This document shows, piece after piece, positions 18,518 to 26,936 of a DNA stretch of 47,699 nucleotides. Source of the DNA: a virus (taxonomy: Duplodnaviria; Caudoviricetes); the IMG/VR virus record IMGVR_UViG_3300005512_000060, positions 1 to 47,699 of that record, one strand, 5' to 3'. The notes below the pieces were generated by a model. The model was not told where the DNA came from. It did no database searches and worked only from the letters and a program-made list of their open reading frames with translations. The position numbers and the translations under genes are program-made. Every line of letters starts with the position of its first letter. The stretch's first letter is position 1.

Positions 18518-18664
18518 ATGCCAGCAATAAACAGACAGATACCGATCACGCTAAACGTCGAGAAAGACGCAGACATACTCGAATGGCTTGACAAACAAGA
18601 GAACAGGACAGCGTCGATACGGCAAGCGATAAGGGCGCAGATGAAGGTAGAGAATGCCAGTTAG
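18518..18664 (+). CDS. small ribbon-helix-helix-like regulator (48 aa; not in ORF track)
   Basis: MPAINRQIPITLNVEKDADILEWLDKQENRTASIRQAIRAQM; GGGAGG RBS. Confidence 0.65.
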   Translation: MPAINRQIPITLNVEKDADILEWLDKQENRTASIRQAIRAQMKVENAS

Positions 18665-19520
18665 CGCCGAAGCTAGAGAAGCTGTAATCAAGGCCAGCGG
18701 CGGATACTGCGAAATGTTCCACGAAACCCCCGTAGAGGGTTCGATGATTGTGCATACATATCATCAAGGCATAGGCGGGGCGTCTGAAGATGCAGAATGC
18801 AACGATCCTGACAAGCTGCTCTATGGCTGTAAACAATGTCACGATCTAGTAGATGGCCGTTCTAAGCACGCCAAATTGGTGATCGCTAGGTTTAGCCGAC
18901 GCGAGCGCCTACTGGACATCATGGACATCGAGCGACGCCCGATACCACACGAGAAGATCTTCTTCCACCAGTGGCCCGTCTGGAAATCGGCGATTGATGA
19001 ATACCCTCAGTTGGTTGACGCAATACGCCGAAGGAATGAGGCCGCGTTTGATCTTGCTGTGTTGCTTTCGCGTTTCAAGCCGAAGAAGAAAGGCCCAGAG
19101 CTATTCCGCGTGTGCCCAGAAGTCAAGCAGATGAACAATGCGACGTTCTGGACGTTCGTATCGTTGTTAGGCATGACGTCAGCTACGGCAAAAGAGTTGA
19201 TTCCTGTTGGCAAGTGGATTGACGAAGAAATGCTAGGATCTATTCGCGGATTAGATATCGACGCCATTGACGCGCTTCGCAAGGTTCCTGAGGAGGAAGT
19301 TGAGCGATTGATGGGGCTGACATCAAGACCCCCGCTGTTTTGGGCAGAGATCGACGCTTTGACATCAAGCAAGCACGGACGGCGTTCGCACTATCTGGCG
19401 CACAATCCAGAGACAGGCGAGCTTGAGGATCTCGGGTTGTTATCTGTGGAGCCTGATGTGGCAGAGGCGTTTTGCCTGATCAAAGGGCGAATCGTTAAGG
19501 GCGGCAAAGGGGATGGATGA
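18654..19520 (+). CDS. protein with N-terminal HNH-like Zn-binding domain
   Basis: GGYCEM..HTYHQGIGG...NDPDKL..GCKQCHD. Confidence 0.55.
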   Translation: MPVSAEAREAVIKASGGYCEMFHETPVEGSMIVHTYHQGIGGASEDAECNDPDKLLYGCKQCHDLVDGRSKHAKLVIARFSRRERLLDIMDIERRPIPHEKIFFHQWPVWKSAIDEYPQLVDAIRRRNEAAFDLAVLLSRFKPKKKGPELFRVCPEVKQMNNATFWTFVSLLGMTSATAKELIPVGKWIDEEMLGSIRGLDIDAIDALRKVPEEEVERLMGLTSRPPLFWAEIDALTSSKHGRRSHYLAHNPETGELEDLGLLSVEPDVAEAFCLIKGRIVKGGKGDG

Positions 19521-19544
19521 TTGAGCAGAAATACATATGAGCGC

Positions 19545-19589
19545 GGCGCGGCAAGGTGTGGCTAGGCGGGGCTGGGCATGGCAAGGCAA
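19545..19589 (+). repeat. GGY-NN pentamer array 1 (9 units), candidate guide RNA
   Basis: GGC-GC GGC-AA GGT-GT GGC-TA GGC-GG GGC-TG GGC-AT GGC-AA GGC-AA; intergenic. Confidence 0.85.
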
Positions 19590-19613
19590 GGAAGTAACTC
19601 AAGGGAGGAAACG

Positions 19614-20201
19614 ATGAAAGAAAAGAGGACAAGCGCAATAGAGATCAAGGCACCGAATTTCGTGACGATGACGGTCCCCATTATCGGTGATTCGCCATAC
19701 GTTCCACACAAACAGGACGTTGATATTGTCAAGAAGGCCCAGCATATCGGCTCGGTCTCAACAAAAAAACAACGCGATTTAGACACAGAGTACGAGGCGT
19801 GTTTCTATCGTGACCGTGACGGCGACTACGCTATCCCCGGAAGTGCATTTCACGCGGCTATCTGCGCGGCAACGCTAGATCTTGACAAGATCTATAAGAC
19901 AACCATCCGGCGCAACATTCACGTTATCGAGGAGTATGCAAGGTTGGCCTATACTGACATCGGGCGGCGCGAGGATATTGTGCGTCAGAGTGGCAAAACA
20001 CGCGCTCCAGATCTTAGAGTTCGCCCGGAGTTTACTGAGTGGACGACGACGATAACTGTTCGATTCGATGCGGACGTTATCTCTCAGGAGTCAATGTTGA
20101 ACCTGATTGCTTTGGCGGGGGCCAAGATTGGTGTAGGAGATCATCGGCTTGAGCAGGGCCATGATAGCGGCGCGTTCCATATAGGAGAAACTAATGTCTA
20201 A
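19614..20201 (+). CDS. stand-alone RAMP/Cas7-like protein (Vipr-like)
   Basis: N-terminal strand VPIIGDSP, YAIPGSAFHAAI, RPEF..W..TITVRF, Gly-rich loop AGAKIGVGDHR..GHDSGAF; GGGAGG RBS before ATG 19614. Confidence 0.75.
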   Translation: MKEKRTSAIEIKAPNFVTMTVPIIGDSPYVPHKQDVDIVKKAQHIGSVSTKKQRDLDTEYEACFYRDRDGDYAIPGSAFHAAICAATLDLDKIYKTTIRRNIHVIEEYARLAYTDIGRREDIVRQSGKTRAPDLRVRPEFTEWTTTITVRFDADVISQESMLNLIALAGAKIGVGDHRLEQGHDSGAFHIGETNV

Positions 20202-20745
20202 ACAATTCGCAGCGGTTGCTGGATCTCACCTGACAGATGGCCAAGCACAGGTGATCGGTGAAGAGACTGAACTAATCATGAAAGAAAGAGGGCATCTAAC
20301 ACCACAGGCGGTTGTTGACAGCGCATCAAAGAACGAGTCGCGACTACACGGCTTCTTCGAGTGGGATGATGCTGTAGCGGCGGATCAGCACCGATTGACG
20401 CAGGCGCGGTATTTGTTGCGGTCGATTGAGGTGTATTACGTGCTTGACGAGGCTGAGGAAGCCAAGCCGATGAAGGCGCTGTACAATGTGATAAGTGCCG
20501 AAGATGAGCGCGTATACGTTCCGCTGTCTGAGGTTGTCAGTGATGACAATTATCGCGCTCAGGTGATTGAGAAGGCGCTGAAAGAGATGAAGAGCTGGGC
20601 GTGCAAGTATCGGCAGTACAAGGAACTTAGTCCGGTTATAAAGGCCGTAGACGCGCTGTCTGGGGATTTGCCCGAAGGGGGATTTGATTTGTCACAGCTG
20701 ACGAATGACGAATTGAAGGAAAAACTTGAAGCTTTGGTGACGTAA
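20194..20745 (+). CDS. partner protein of the RAMP-like gene (function unknown)
   Basis: LTPQAVVD.A....SRLHGFFEWDD..AADQHRL.QAR.L; overlaps the upstream stop. Confidence 0.7.
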   Translation: MSKQFAAVAGSHLTDGQAQVIGEETELIMKERGHLTPQAVVDSASKNESRLHGFFEWDDAVAADQHRLTQARYLLRSIEVYYVLDEAEEAKPMKALYNVISAEDERVYVPLSEVVSDDNYRAQVIEKALKEMKSWACKYRQYKELSPVIKAVDALSGDLPEGGFDLSQLTNDELKEKLEALVT

Positions 20746-20765
20746 GTTGTGAGTATGTATGACAC

Positions 20766-20825
20766 GGCAAGGCCCGGCGGGGCGGGGCAGGGCTTGGCCC
20801 GGCTTGGCGTGGCTTGGCAAGGCGA
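20766..20825 (+). repeat. GGY-NN pentamer array 2 (12 units), candidate guide RNA
   Basis: GGC followed in turn by AA, CC, GG, GG, AG, TT, CC, TT, GT, TT, AA, GA; intergenic. Confidence 0.9.
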
Positions 20826-20849
20826 GGGAAGTACCATAAAGAGGTGGAC

Positions 20850-21203
20850 ATGAACGAGCAAATAGCTAAGCGGTTAGGGTGGTATGGACGCAACAACGTG
20901 GGGGAATGGTACACGCTGCCAGATCGCAGGCGGCTAGATGCTCCGCCACCGTTTCACTTAGACACGAACGAGATGCGCAACGTCTGGTACTGTATGGGCG
21001 GCGTCTTAGACACTCTACGCGATAACGGCGAGCTAGAAGCATTTACGGCGGCGCTCAGATCACGTGCGATGCTTGCGAAGAAGACGAAGAAGATCATGTC
21101 CGTTGTTGAGTTTGGCGAATTCTGTTTAACCGCCGATCCAAGTGAATTATCAGCGGCGTTCGGTGAGATGATAAGGGAGGAAGGAAGTGTTGAGGAAGAT
21201 TGA
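20850..21203 (+). CDS. hypothetical protein
   Basis: GAGGTG RBS before ATG 20850 (the track start lies inside the array). Confidence 0.6.
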   Translation: MNEQIAKRLGWYGRNNVGEWYTLPDRRRLDAPPPFHLDTNEMRNVWYCMGGVLDTLRDNGELEAFTAALRSRAMLAKKTKKIMSVVEFGEFCLTADPSELSAAFGEMIREEGSVEED

Positions 21204-21372
21204 TCGGTTTATCGGCAGGCACATGAATGCCTGGTCGTGGGTTGTTGTGTGGCTTATTGTCTGTGGTGGCGCGAGCTGGCTAATCACTGAAGGCGCATGG
21301 ATGGCTGTCGGCATACCGCTACTTGCTGTTGGGTTGTTTGGGGTGGCGGGAAATATCAGGCGGTTGGGATGA
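21187..21372 (+). CDS. small two-TM membrane protein
   Basis: Two hydrophobic segments; GGGAGG upstream. Confidence 0.5.
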   Translation: MLRKIDRFIGRHMNAWSWVVVWLIVCGGASWLITEGAWMAVGIPLLAVGLFGVAGNIRRLG

Positions 21373-21755
21373 TCGGTCGGCTTGTGTGGCATTTTCGTAA
21401 GTTTAATCGCGACATGAAAGAGGTATGGGGTCTTGTAGGGGAGGAAAACATGTTTGACACGATGCAACGAAGGCTTGAGGATGCGATAGCCATATCGACG
21501 GTGGCTACACAAGCTGACATTAGGAGTGCTTATGACCGGCTTGGCAATTGGGACGAGGTCATAAAGGCGGCTGAGAAGACGCTTGAAGGCTATAAGATGG
21601 AGTGCGTGGTTGATGACATTCTTGAGGCGAGAAAGCCGGAGAATCTATACGGGGCGTTGAGAAAAGCTGGCATCGATAGCGCAAAGGCAGCAAAAAGCCT
21701 GCGCAAAACGATACGGATGATGGAGCTATTCGCACTGATCTGTGAGGACGACTAA
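21369..21755 (+). CDS. hypothetical protein
   Basis: ATGA overlap with the previous gene. Confidence 0.5.
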   Translation: MIGRLVWHFRKFNRDMKEVWGLVGEENMFDTMQRRLEDAIAISTVATQADIRSAYDRLGNWDEVIKAAEKTLEGYKMECVVDDILEARKPENLYGALRKAGIDSAKAAKSLRKTIRMMELFALICEDD

Positions 21756-21858
21756 TGGACGCATTCTGGAGGCTGTTAGGCGTGGCCACAATCATATTCG
21801 CGGTGTTCGGCGGGATGGCGCTCTGTATGGACGCGGCCGGGAGGAATAAGGGGGAGAA

Positions 21859-22047
21859 GTGAAGCTGTTAAGCGTAAAGCCGTGTGAGCCGTCAGAAATG
21901 ATTGAGTTTGATGGTTTAGAATGGAGACACTATAAGCGCAATGTGAACGGAGTATGGTCTTGCCGTATGAACGGTACGTTGGCAGAGATTGGAGAATGGC
22001 CAGAAGCCGAGGCGTTGTATCAAGCGCATAAGTCGGAGGAACGATGA
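21859..22047 (+). CDS. hypothetical protein
   Basis: GGGGAG RBS, GTG start. Confidence 0.45.
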   Translation: MKLLSVKPCEPSEMIEFDGLEWRHYKRNVNGVWSCRMNGTLAEIGEWPEAEALYQAHKSEER

Positions 22048-22310
22048 AACGCTTCAGAGGCCTAAGAGGGCAACAGAAGAAGGTGTTTGAAAAGATCGCA
22101 CGCGGGGACATCGCGCAACACAATCCGCGCACGCTTGAGGCGCTAGCGAATCGACAACTGATCAAGTATCGGACGCACGTTATCCCTGTGCCAGGATTAG
22201 GATTGATCACGCTTGATCTGCCGTATGTGCCAGAAGACATTCATCAGTTTTGGTGTCAGTGGTGTGTTGATCATAGGCGAAAATGGGGCGTGCTTGTCGG
22301 CAATGCCTGA
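22044..22310 (+). CDS. hypothetical protein
   Basis: GGAGG RBS. Confidence 0.5.
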   Translation: MKRFRGLRGQQKKVFEKIARGDIAQHNPRTLEALANRQLIKYRTHVIPVPGLGLITLDLPYVPEDIHQFWCQWCVDHRRKWGVLVGNA

Positions 22311-22438
22311 TAGAAATTGGCAAGACGATATTGCGCACAACGCGGGAAGGCACAAGAATAGATGCCGTGCGTGCGGGGAGATGTTTTTGGGCTACAAATG
22401 GCGGCACATCTGCCGGAGTTGTGCGAGGAGAGGATTCG

Positions 22439-22681
22439 ATGAAGCTATCTCAGAGGCAAGCGAAAGGGCTACAGACTTGGTGCAGGAACGCAGCAATTAA
22501 GCACAAAGACGTGAAAGCGGGGAGAGAGATCGGGCCGGCGAGCACAGTGTCATCGTTGTGCAAGCGCGGATTGATCGTCAAGCGGCCTGGGGTGGATGGC
22601 GGATATGCACTGACATCTCTTGGCGTCAAAGAGTTGCGGCTAAGAGGATTTAGGACTCAGCCGCCTGGGATTGACGTGTGA
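22439..22681 (+). CDS. small winged-helix-like protein
   Basis: MKLSQRQ...STVSSLCKRGLI...GYALTSLG; GAGG RBS. Confidence 0.45.
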   Translation: MKLSQRQAKGLQTWCRNAAIKHKDVKAGREIGPASTVSSLCKRGLIVKRPGVDGGYALTSLGVKELRLRGFRTQPPGIDV

Positions 22682-22683
22682 GG

Positions 22684-22735
22684 GCTTGACTTTCTTGTAT
22701 AGGCGCGGTATAGTATAAGTATGAAAACAAAGGAG
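22684..22735 (+). promoter_or_regulatory. promoter/RBS cassette, copy 2
   Basis: TTGACT-17-TATAGT; same spacing and 23-nt identity with the 10885 cassette. Confidence 0.75.
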
Positions 22736-22744
22736 GCAGTAAAG

Positions 22745-22960
22745 ATGAACTTACAAAGACACTTCTACAAGGTAGTCAGTATGGATAGAACAGCAAAAGT
22801 GGAATCAACAAGTATGGAGAAGGCTGCAGCTCAATTCATGAAGGTCCCCGTGCGGAAAATCTGTGGATGCGACCGAACGCCGCGATTCGCAACATTTAAC
22901 GTGTTGGATAATGCCGGAAACGAGACCAGCGATTATCCTATCGCTGTGTTTAAGATATAG
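22745..22960 (+). CDS. hypothetical protein
   Basis: AGGAGG RBS before ATG 22745. Confidence 0.55.
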   Translation: MNLQRHFYKVVSMDRTAKVESTSMEKAAAQFMKVPVRKICGCDRTPRFATFNVLDNAGNETSDYPIAVFKI

Positions 22961-22971
22961 TGGTGTTCGAT

Positions 22972-25206
22972 ATGACAAAACATCAATCATCGCTGGAATA
23001 TGTCGAGTTTCTTGAATCAAAGAGAGTTCAATTTAAGGCGTCTGGGCGATCGGTTCAGGATGGAGAGATTAACCAGATGCTATTTCCGTTCCAGAGAGAC
23101 CTAACGAGATGGGCTATTAAGAAGGGGCGAGCTGCTGTATTTGCAGATACTGGCCTTGGCAAGACATTCATACAGGTTGAATGGGCCAGGCTAATTGGAT
23201 GCAATTCGCTGATTGTTGCCCCCCTAAGCGTTGCAAGACAAACGGTAAGAGAGGCTAAAAAGCTGGGAGTTGAAGTTCGGTATGTAAGAGAACAGCCATC
23301 CGGCCATGGAATTTATATCACCAATTACGAGATGGTAGACAAATTTGATGCATCTAAGTTTGGGGCTGTTATTCTTGATGAATCTAGTATTCTAAAATCT
23401 CTTGACGGGAAGACCCGCAAAAAGCTGATAGATATGTTTGGGTGTGTTCCATATCGTCTATGTTGCACAGCAACTCCGGCTCCAAACGACATTGCAGAGA
23501 TAGCAAACCATGCTGAGTTCCTTGGGATCATGTCGAGGGTTGATATGCTTGCGTGTTTCTTCGTCCACGAATCGAACAAGAAAAACGCTCAGGGATGGAG
23601 GATAAAAGGGCATGCTGTCGAATCGTTCTATAAGTGGATGGCCTCATGGGGAATGGGCGTGAGGATTCCTTCTGATCTTGGTTATGATGATGATGGATTT
23701 GTGCTTCCAAAGCTGTCTATTGCTCCGTTATATGTTGATGCCGGATATGTTCCATCTGATAGATTATTTCTAGACGAGCTGAAAGGGATACAGGATAGGG
23801 CTTTGGTGCGGCGTGAAACGATAACGGCGAAGGTAGAAGCTGCCGCCGCTATGGTAAACAATAGCAATGAACAGTGGATAGTGTGGTGCGGATTGAATGC
23901 TGAAAGTGATGCCATGGCAAAGGCAATAGATGGATCTGTGAACGTCCAGGGTAGCGATTCTCTTGATTACAAAAGCGAGATGCTAGAAGACTTTCAGGTT
24001 GGCAAGTTCAGAGTGCTGGTTAGTAAGCCGAAGATCGCCGGGTTCGGAATGAACTTTCAGAATTGCCACAATATGCTATTCGTTGGGCTGTCTGATTCGT
24101 GGGAGGCATACTATCAGGCGATAAGGCGATGCTACAGGTTCGGGCAAACTAAGCCAGTGGCAGTTCATATCGTTCTGGCAGACATCGAGAAAGATATATT
24201 CACGAACGTGATGCGCAAGGAGGCACAAGCAACTGCTATGTCAGAAGAGCTTATCAAGAACGTCCAGCAATACGAGAAAGAAGAGATTGAAGAAGCGTCA
24301 TCAGTAGAATTTAACTATTCAGAGGATGAGGAAATTGGAGATGGATGGAGAATAAAGCTAGGGGATAGCGTAGATCGTTTAAGGGAAGTAGATACAGATA
24401 GCGTAGGACTGTCTGTGTTCTCGCCTCCGTTTCTGTCGTTGTATACGTATAGCCCAACAGAGAGAGATCTAGGAAACAGCAAGACGCCGACTGAATTCTT
24501 CAAACACTTTCAGTACATCATCGGTGAGTTGTTGAGAGTAACGGCTCCAGGGCGTAACTGTGCTGTACACGTTGCTCAAGTACCAGCTACAAAGATACAT
24601 GACGGCTATATTGGGTTGAAGGACTTCCGCGGAGATGTTATCAGGGCGTTCGATGATTGCGGATGGCAGTATTACGGAGAGGTTTGCATCGACAAAGACC
24701 CGCAAGCTCAAGCAATCAGAACAAAAGCCAAGTCTCTTATGTTTGTTACGCTGAAGAAGGACTCCTCTTCTCTTAGGCCTGCGTTGGCGGATTACATCCT
24801 AGTATTCAAAAAGCCAGGAGATAATGAGAATCCAGTTACGCCCGTTGAGTCTGGAGAGATGGATAACAATACGTGGATAGAGTGGGCTCGTCCGATATGG
24901 TACAACATCAGAGAGACGAACACTCTGAATACTAGAGTCGCAAAGTCAGATAAGGACGAGAGGCACATCTGCCCATTACAGCTTGAGACAATTGAGCGAT
25001 GCGTGAAGCTCTGGAGCAATCCGGGGGACTTGATTCTTGATCCGTTCTCTGGGATTGGATCTACTGGATATGTTGCAATCGAGAACGGCAGAGAGTTTGT
25101 TGGCGTCGAACTTAAGCCAGAATACTATGCTGTAGCGATCGGGAACTTGTATGCAGCACAAAACAAAGCTCAGCCGCTAGGTTTATTCTCAGAGGTTGTA
25201 GAATGA
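22972..25206 (+). CDS. SF2/SNF2-like helicase fused to an amino (N4C/N6A) DNA methyltransferase
   Basis: DTGLGKT, LDESS, TATP and QAIRRCYRFGQ helicase motifs; FSPPF catalytic and LDPFSGIGSTG SAM motifs in beta-class order. Confidence 0.9.
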   Translation: MTKHQSSLEYVEFLESKRVQFKASGRSVQDGEINQMLFPFQRDLTRWAIKKGRAAVFADTGLGKTFIQVEWARLIGCNSLIVAPLSVARQTVREAKKLGVEVRYVREQPSGHGIYITNYEMVDKFDASKFGAVILDESSILKSLDGKTRKKLIDMFGCVPYRLCCTATPAPNDIAEIANHAEFLGIMSRVDMLACFFVHESNKKNAQGWRIKGHAVESFYKWMASWGMGVRIPSDLGYDDDGFVLPKLSIAPLYVDAGYVPSDRLFLDELKGIQDRALVRRETITAKVEAAAAMVNNSNEQWIVWCGLNAESDAMAKAIDGSVNVQGSDSLDYKSEMLEDFQVGKFRVLVSKPKIAGFGMNFQNCHNMLFVGLSDSWEAYYQAIRRCYRFGQTKPVAVHIVLADIEKDIFTNVMRKEAQATAMSEELIKNVQQYEKEEIEEASSVEFNYSEDEEIGDGWRIKLGDSVDRLREVDTDSVGLSVFSPPFLSLYTYSPTERDLGNSKTPTEFFKHFQYIIGELLRVTAPGRNCAVHVAQVPATKIHDGYIGLKDFRGDVIRAFDDCGWQYYGEVCIDKDPQAQAIRTKAKSLMFVTLKKDSSSLRPALADYILVFKKPGDNENPVTPVESGEMDNNTWIEWARPIWYNIRETNTLNTRVAKSDKDERHICPLQLETIERCVKLWSNPGDLILDPFSGIGSTGYVAIENGREFVGVELKPEYYAVAIGNLYAAQNKAQPLGLFSEVVE

Positions 25207-25403
25207 CGATCTACGAAGAGATAGAACAAGAGATCAAGAGCGCACGTGAGAAGTTTCCGGCGTTTCACAGCCAGCATGAGGCGTATGCTGTTATACTGGA
25301 AGAGCTAGACGAGTATTGGGAGTGTGTGAAGCATGACAAAGACGGGAGCTCTGAATTGATCCAGGTAGCCGCAATGTGCGTTGCTGCGCTGAGAGAGCTA
25401 TAA
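25203..25403 (+). CDS. small MazG-like all-alpha protein
   Basis: HEAYAVILEELDE...ELIQVAAM. Confidence 0.6.
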   Translation: MTIYEEIEQEIKSAREKFPAFHSQHEAYAVILEELDEYWECVKHDKDGSSELIQVAAMCVAALREL

Positions 25404-25409
25404 TATGAC

Positions 25410-25549
25410 AAATGGACGGCTCGCGTTGAGTGATACGCAGGTATGCGTGGCGGGGTTTTTTCTCCGATACAGTTCGGACTCCTTTGACCCCTTCATTCAC
25501 CAGCCGCCGGATGACCACGCGCCCCAAGAAGCGGCCTCCGTCCATTTTT
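25410..25549 (+). ncRNA. candidate ~140-nt structured small RNA
   Basis: AAATGGACGG/CCGTCCATTT closing stem, inner GCGTGG/CCACGC pair; TATAAT just upstream; T-run at the end. Confidence 0.4.
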
Positions 25550-25575
25550 CGTGTATACTGGGTGTGGTGATGTAG

Positions 25576-26061
25576 ATGGGAGAGAAGAAGGCGAAGAAGT
25601 ACAAGCTAGATCCACGAAATGCACGCAAGCATCCTGATCGCAATAAGGACGCTGTAAGCAAGTCGCTGGATGAACTAGGCGCTGGAAGGTCCATCGTGGT
25701 AGACGCTGACGGCGTTGTGATTGGGGGGAATGCTGTATATGAGCAGGCTCAGAAGCTGGGGATTCCAGTGCGAGAGATCGAGACGTCGGGTGATGAGCTT
25801 GTAGTCGTGCGGCGCGTTGATCTCAAGACGGACGATCCAAGGCGCAAGGCTATGGCGCTGGCGGACAATCAGATAGGGATGCTTGGTGAGTGGGATAACA
25901 GAGTTCTGGATGACCTGCTTGGCGAGCTTGAAGACTTCGATCCTGGTACATTCGGGTTTGGCGCATTGGATGGGATGATACCAGGTGAGAACAAGGCTAT
26001 TGATGAAGAGGCTATGATGGACACGGAGAACGAATGTCCTAAGTGCGGGTTCAGATGGTAG
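25576..26061 (+). CDS. ParB-N-like protein of the packaging region
   Basis: DPRNARKH..SL.ELG.GRSIVVD..VIGGN..ALADN..EWD; C-terminal CPKCG. Confidence 0.75.
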   Translation: MGEKKAKKYKLDPRNARKHPDRNKDAVSKSLDELGAGRSIVVDADGVVIGGNAVYEQAQKLGIPVREIETSGDELVVVRRVDLKTDDPRRKAMALADNQIGMLGEWDNRVLDDLLGELEDFDPGTFGFGALDGMIPGENKAIDEEAMMDTENECPKCGFRW

Positions 26062-26936
26062 CGCCGACAGTCATTTCCACTTTCGCAGGGTGCGGCGGTT
26101 CGAGCCTCGGCTACAAGTTAGCCGGATTCAATGAACTGATGGCTGTTGAGTGGGACGATAATGCGGTCGCTACGTTCCGTCTGAACTTCCCTGATGTGCC
26201 TGTCTATCACGGTGATATTTGCAAACTGACAGGAACTGAGTGCATGAATCTTGCTGGCATCGAACCGCGTGAGCTTGATGTGCTTGATGGCTCGCCTCCT
26301 TGTCAGGGTTTCTCAACAGCAGGCAAGCGGAAGTTCAGCGATCCACGCAACAGCCTATTCCAAGAGTTCGCCAGACTTGTGAATGAGCTACAGCCGCGAG
26401 TCTTCATCATGGAGAACGTGACAGGCATGGTCAAAGGCGCGATGAAGCAAGCCTATCTCGTGATCGTGAAGACGTTGCGCGAGTGCGGGTACAAGGTAAA
26501 GGGCGAGATACTGAACGCGATGTACTTCAACGTCCCGCAGAGCCGGGAGCGGGTATTCATTATCGGGGTGCGTGAGGATCTTGGCATCGAGCCGGGTCAT
26601 CCGAAACCGCAGAACACGCCTCGGGCGTTGCGAGAGATAGCGAATGATGCCGTGGCATCACGCAGCCAGAAGATCAATCCGTGGATTCCTGCGAGCCTCC
26701 CGGTCTGCACGATCACGAAGACTCCATTCGACGGGCTGCTTCGCACCGCGGTCGGAACGCGACAGCCGACGATCGACGAATTGCGGGGTTTCGGATCGTT
26801 TCCAGCCGACTTTCAGTTCCCCGGAGGAAAAGCGAAGGCATGGGAGCGCATCGGCAACAGCGTTCCTCCGAACCTCATGCGGGCGATTGCCGAGCACGTC
26901 AAGATAAACATACTGGACGTGATGAATGATGGCTAA
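26055..26936 (+). CDS. C5-cytosine DNA methyltransferase
   Basis: FAGCGG, GSPPCQGFS, ENV, Q.RERV and IGNSVPP motifs. Confidence 0.95.
   Translation: MVAPTVISTFAGCGGSSLGYKLAGFNELMAVEWDDNAVATFRLNFPDVPVYHGDICKLTGTECMNLAGIEPRELDVLDGSPPCQGFSTAGKRKFSDPRNSLFQEFARLVNELQPRVFIMENVTGMVKGAMKQAYLVIVKTLRECGYKVKGEILNAMYFNVPQSRERVFIIGVREDLGIEPGHPKPQNTPRALREIANDAVASRSQKINPWIPASLPVCTITKTPFDGLLRTAVGTRQPTIDELRGFGSFPADFQFPGGKAKAWERIGNSVPPNLMRAIAEHVKINILDVMNDG

Noticed and set aside
19578-19613. ORF-track starts at 19578 and 20814 that would make the arrays partly coding
   Set aside because: Better RBS-ATG pairs lie downstream (19614 and 20850), and a 5-nt period is out of register with codons.
19545-20825. Canonical CRISPR array or cas operon
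   Set aside because: There are no 25-40-nt repeats with spacers and no cas1/2/3/5/6. The pentamer arrays are a different architecture, reported under findings.
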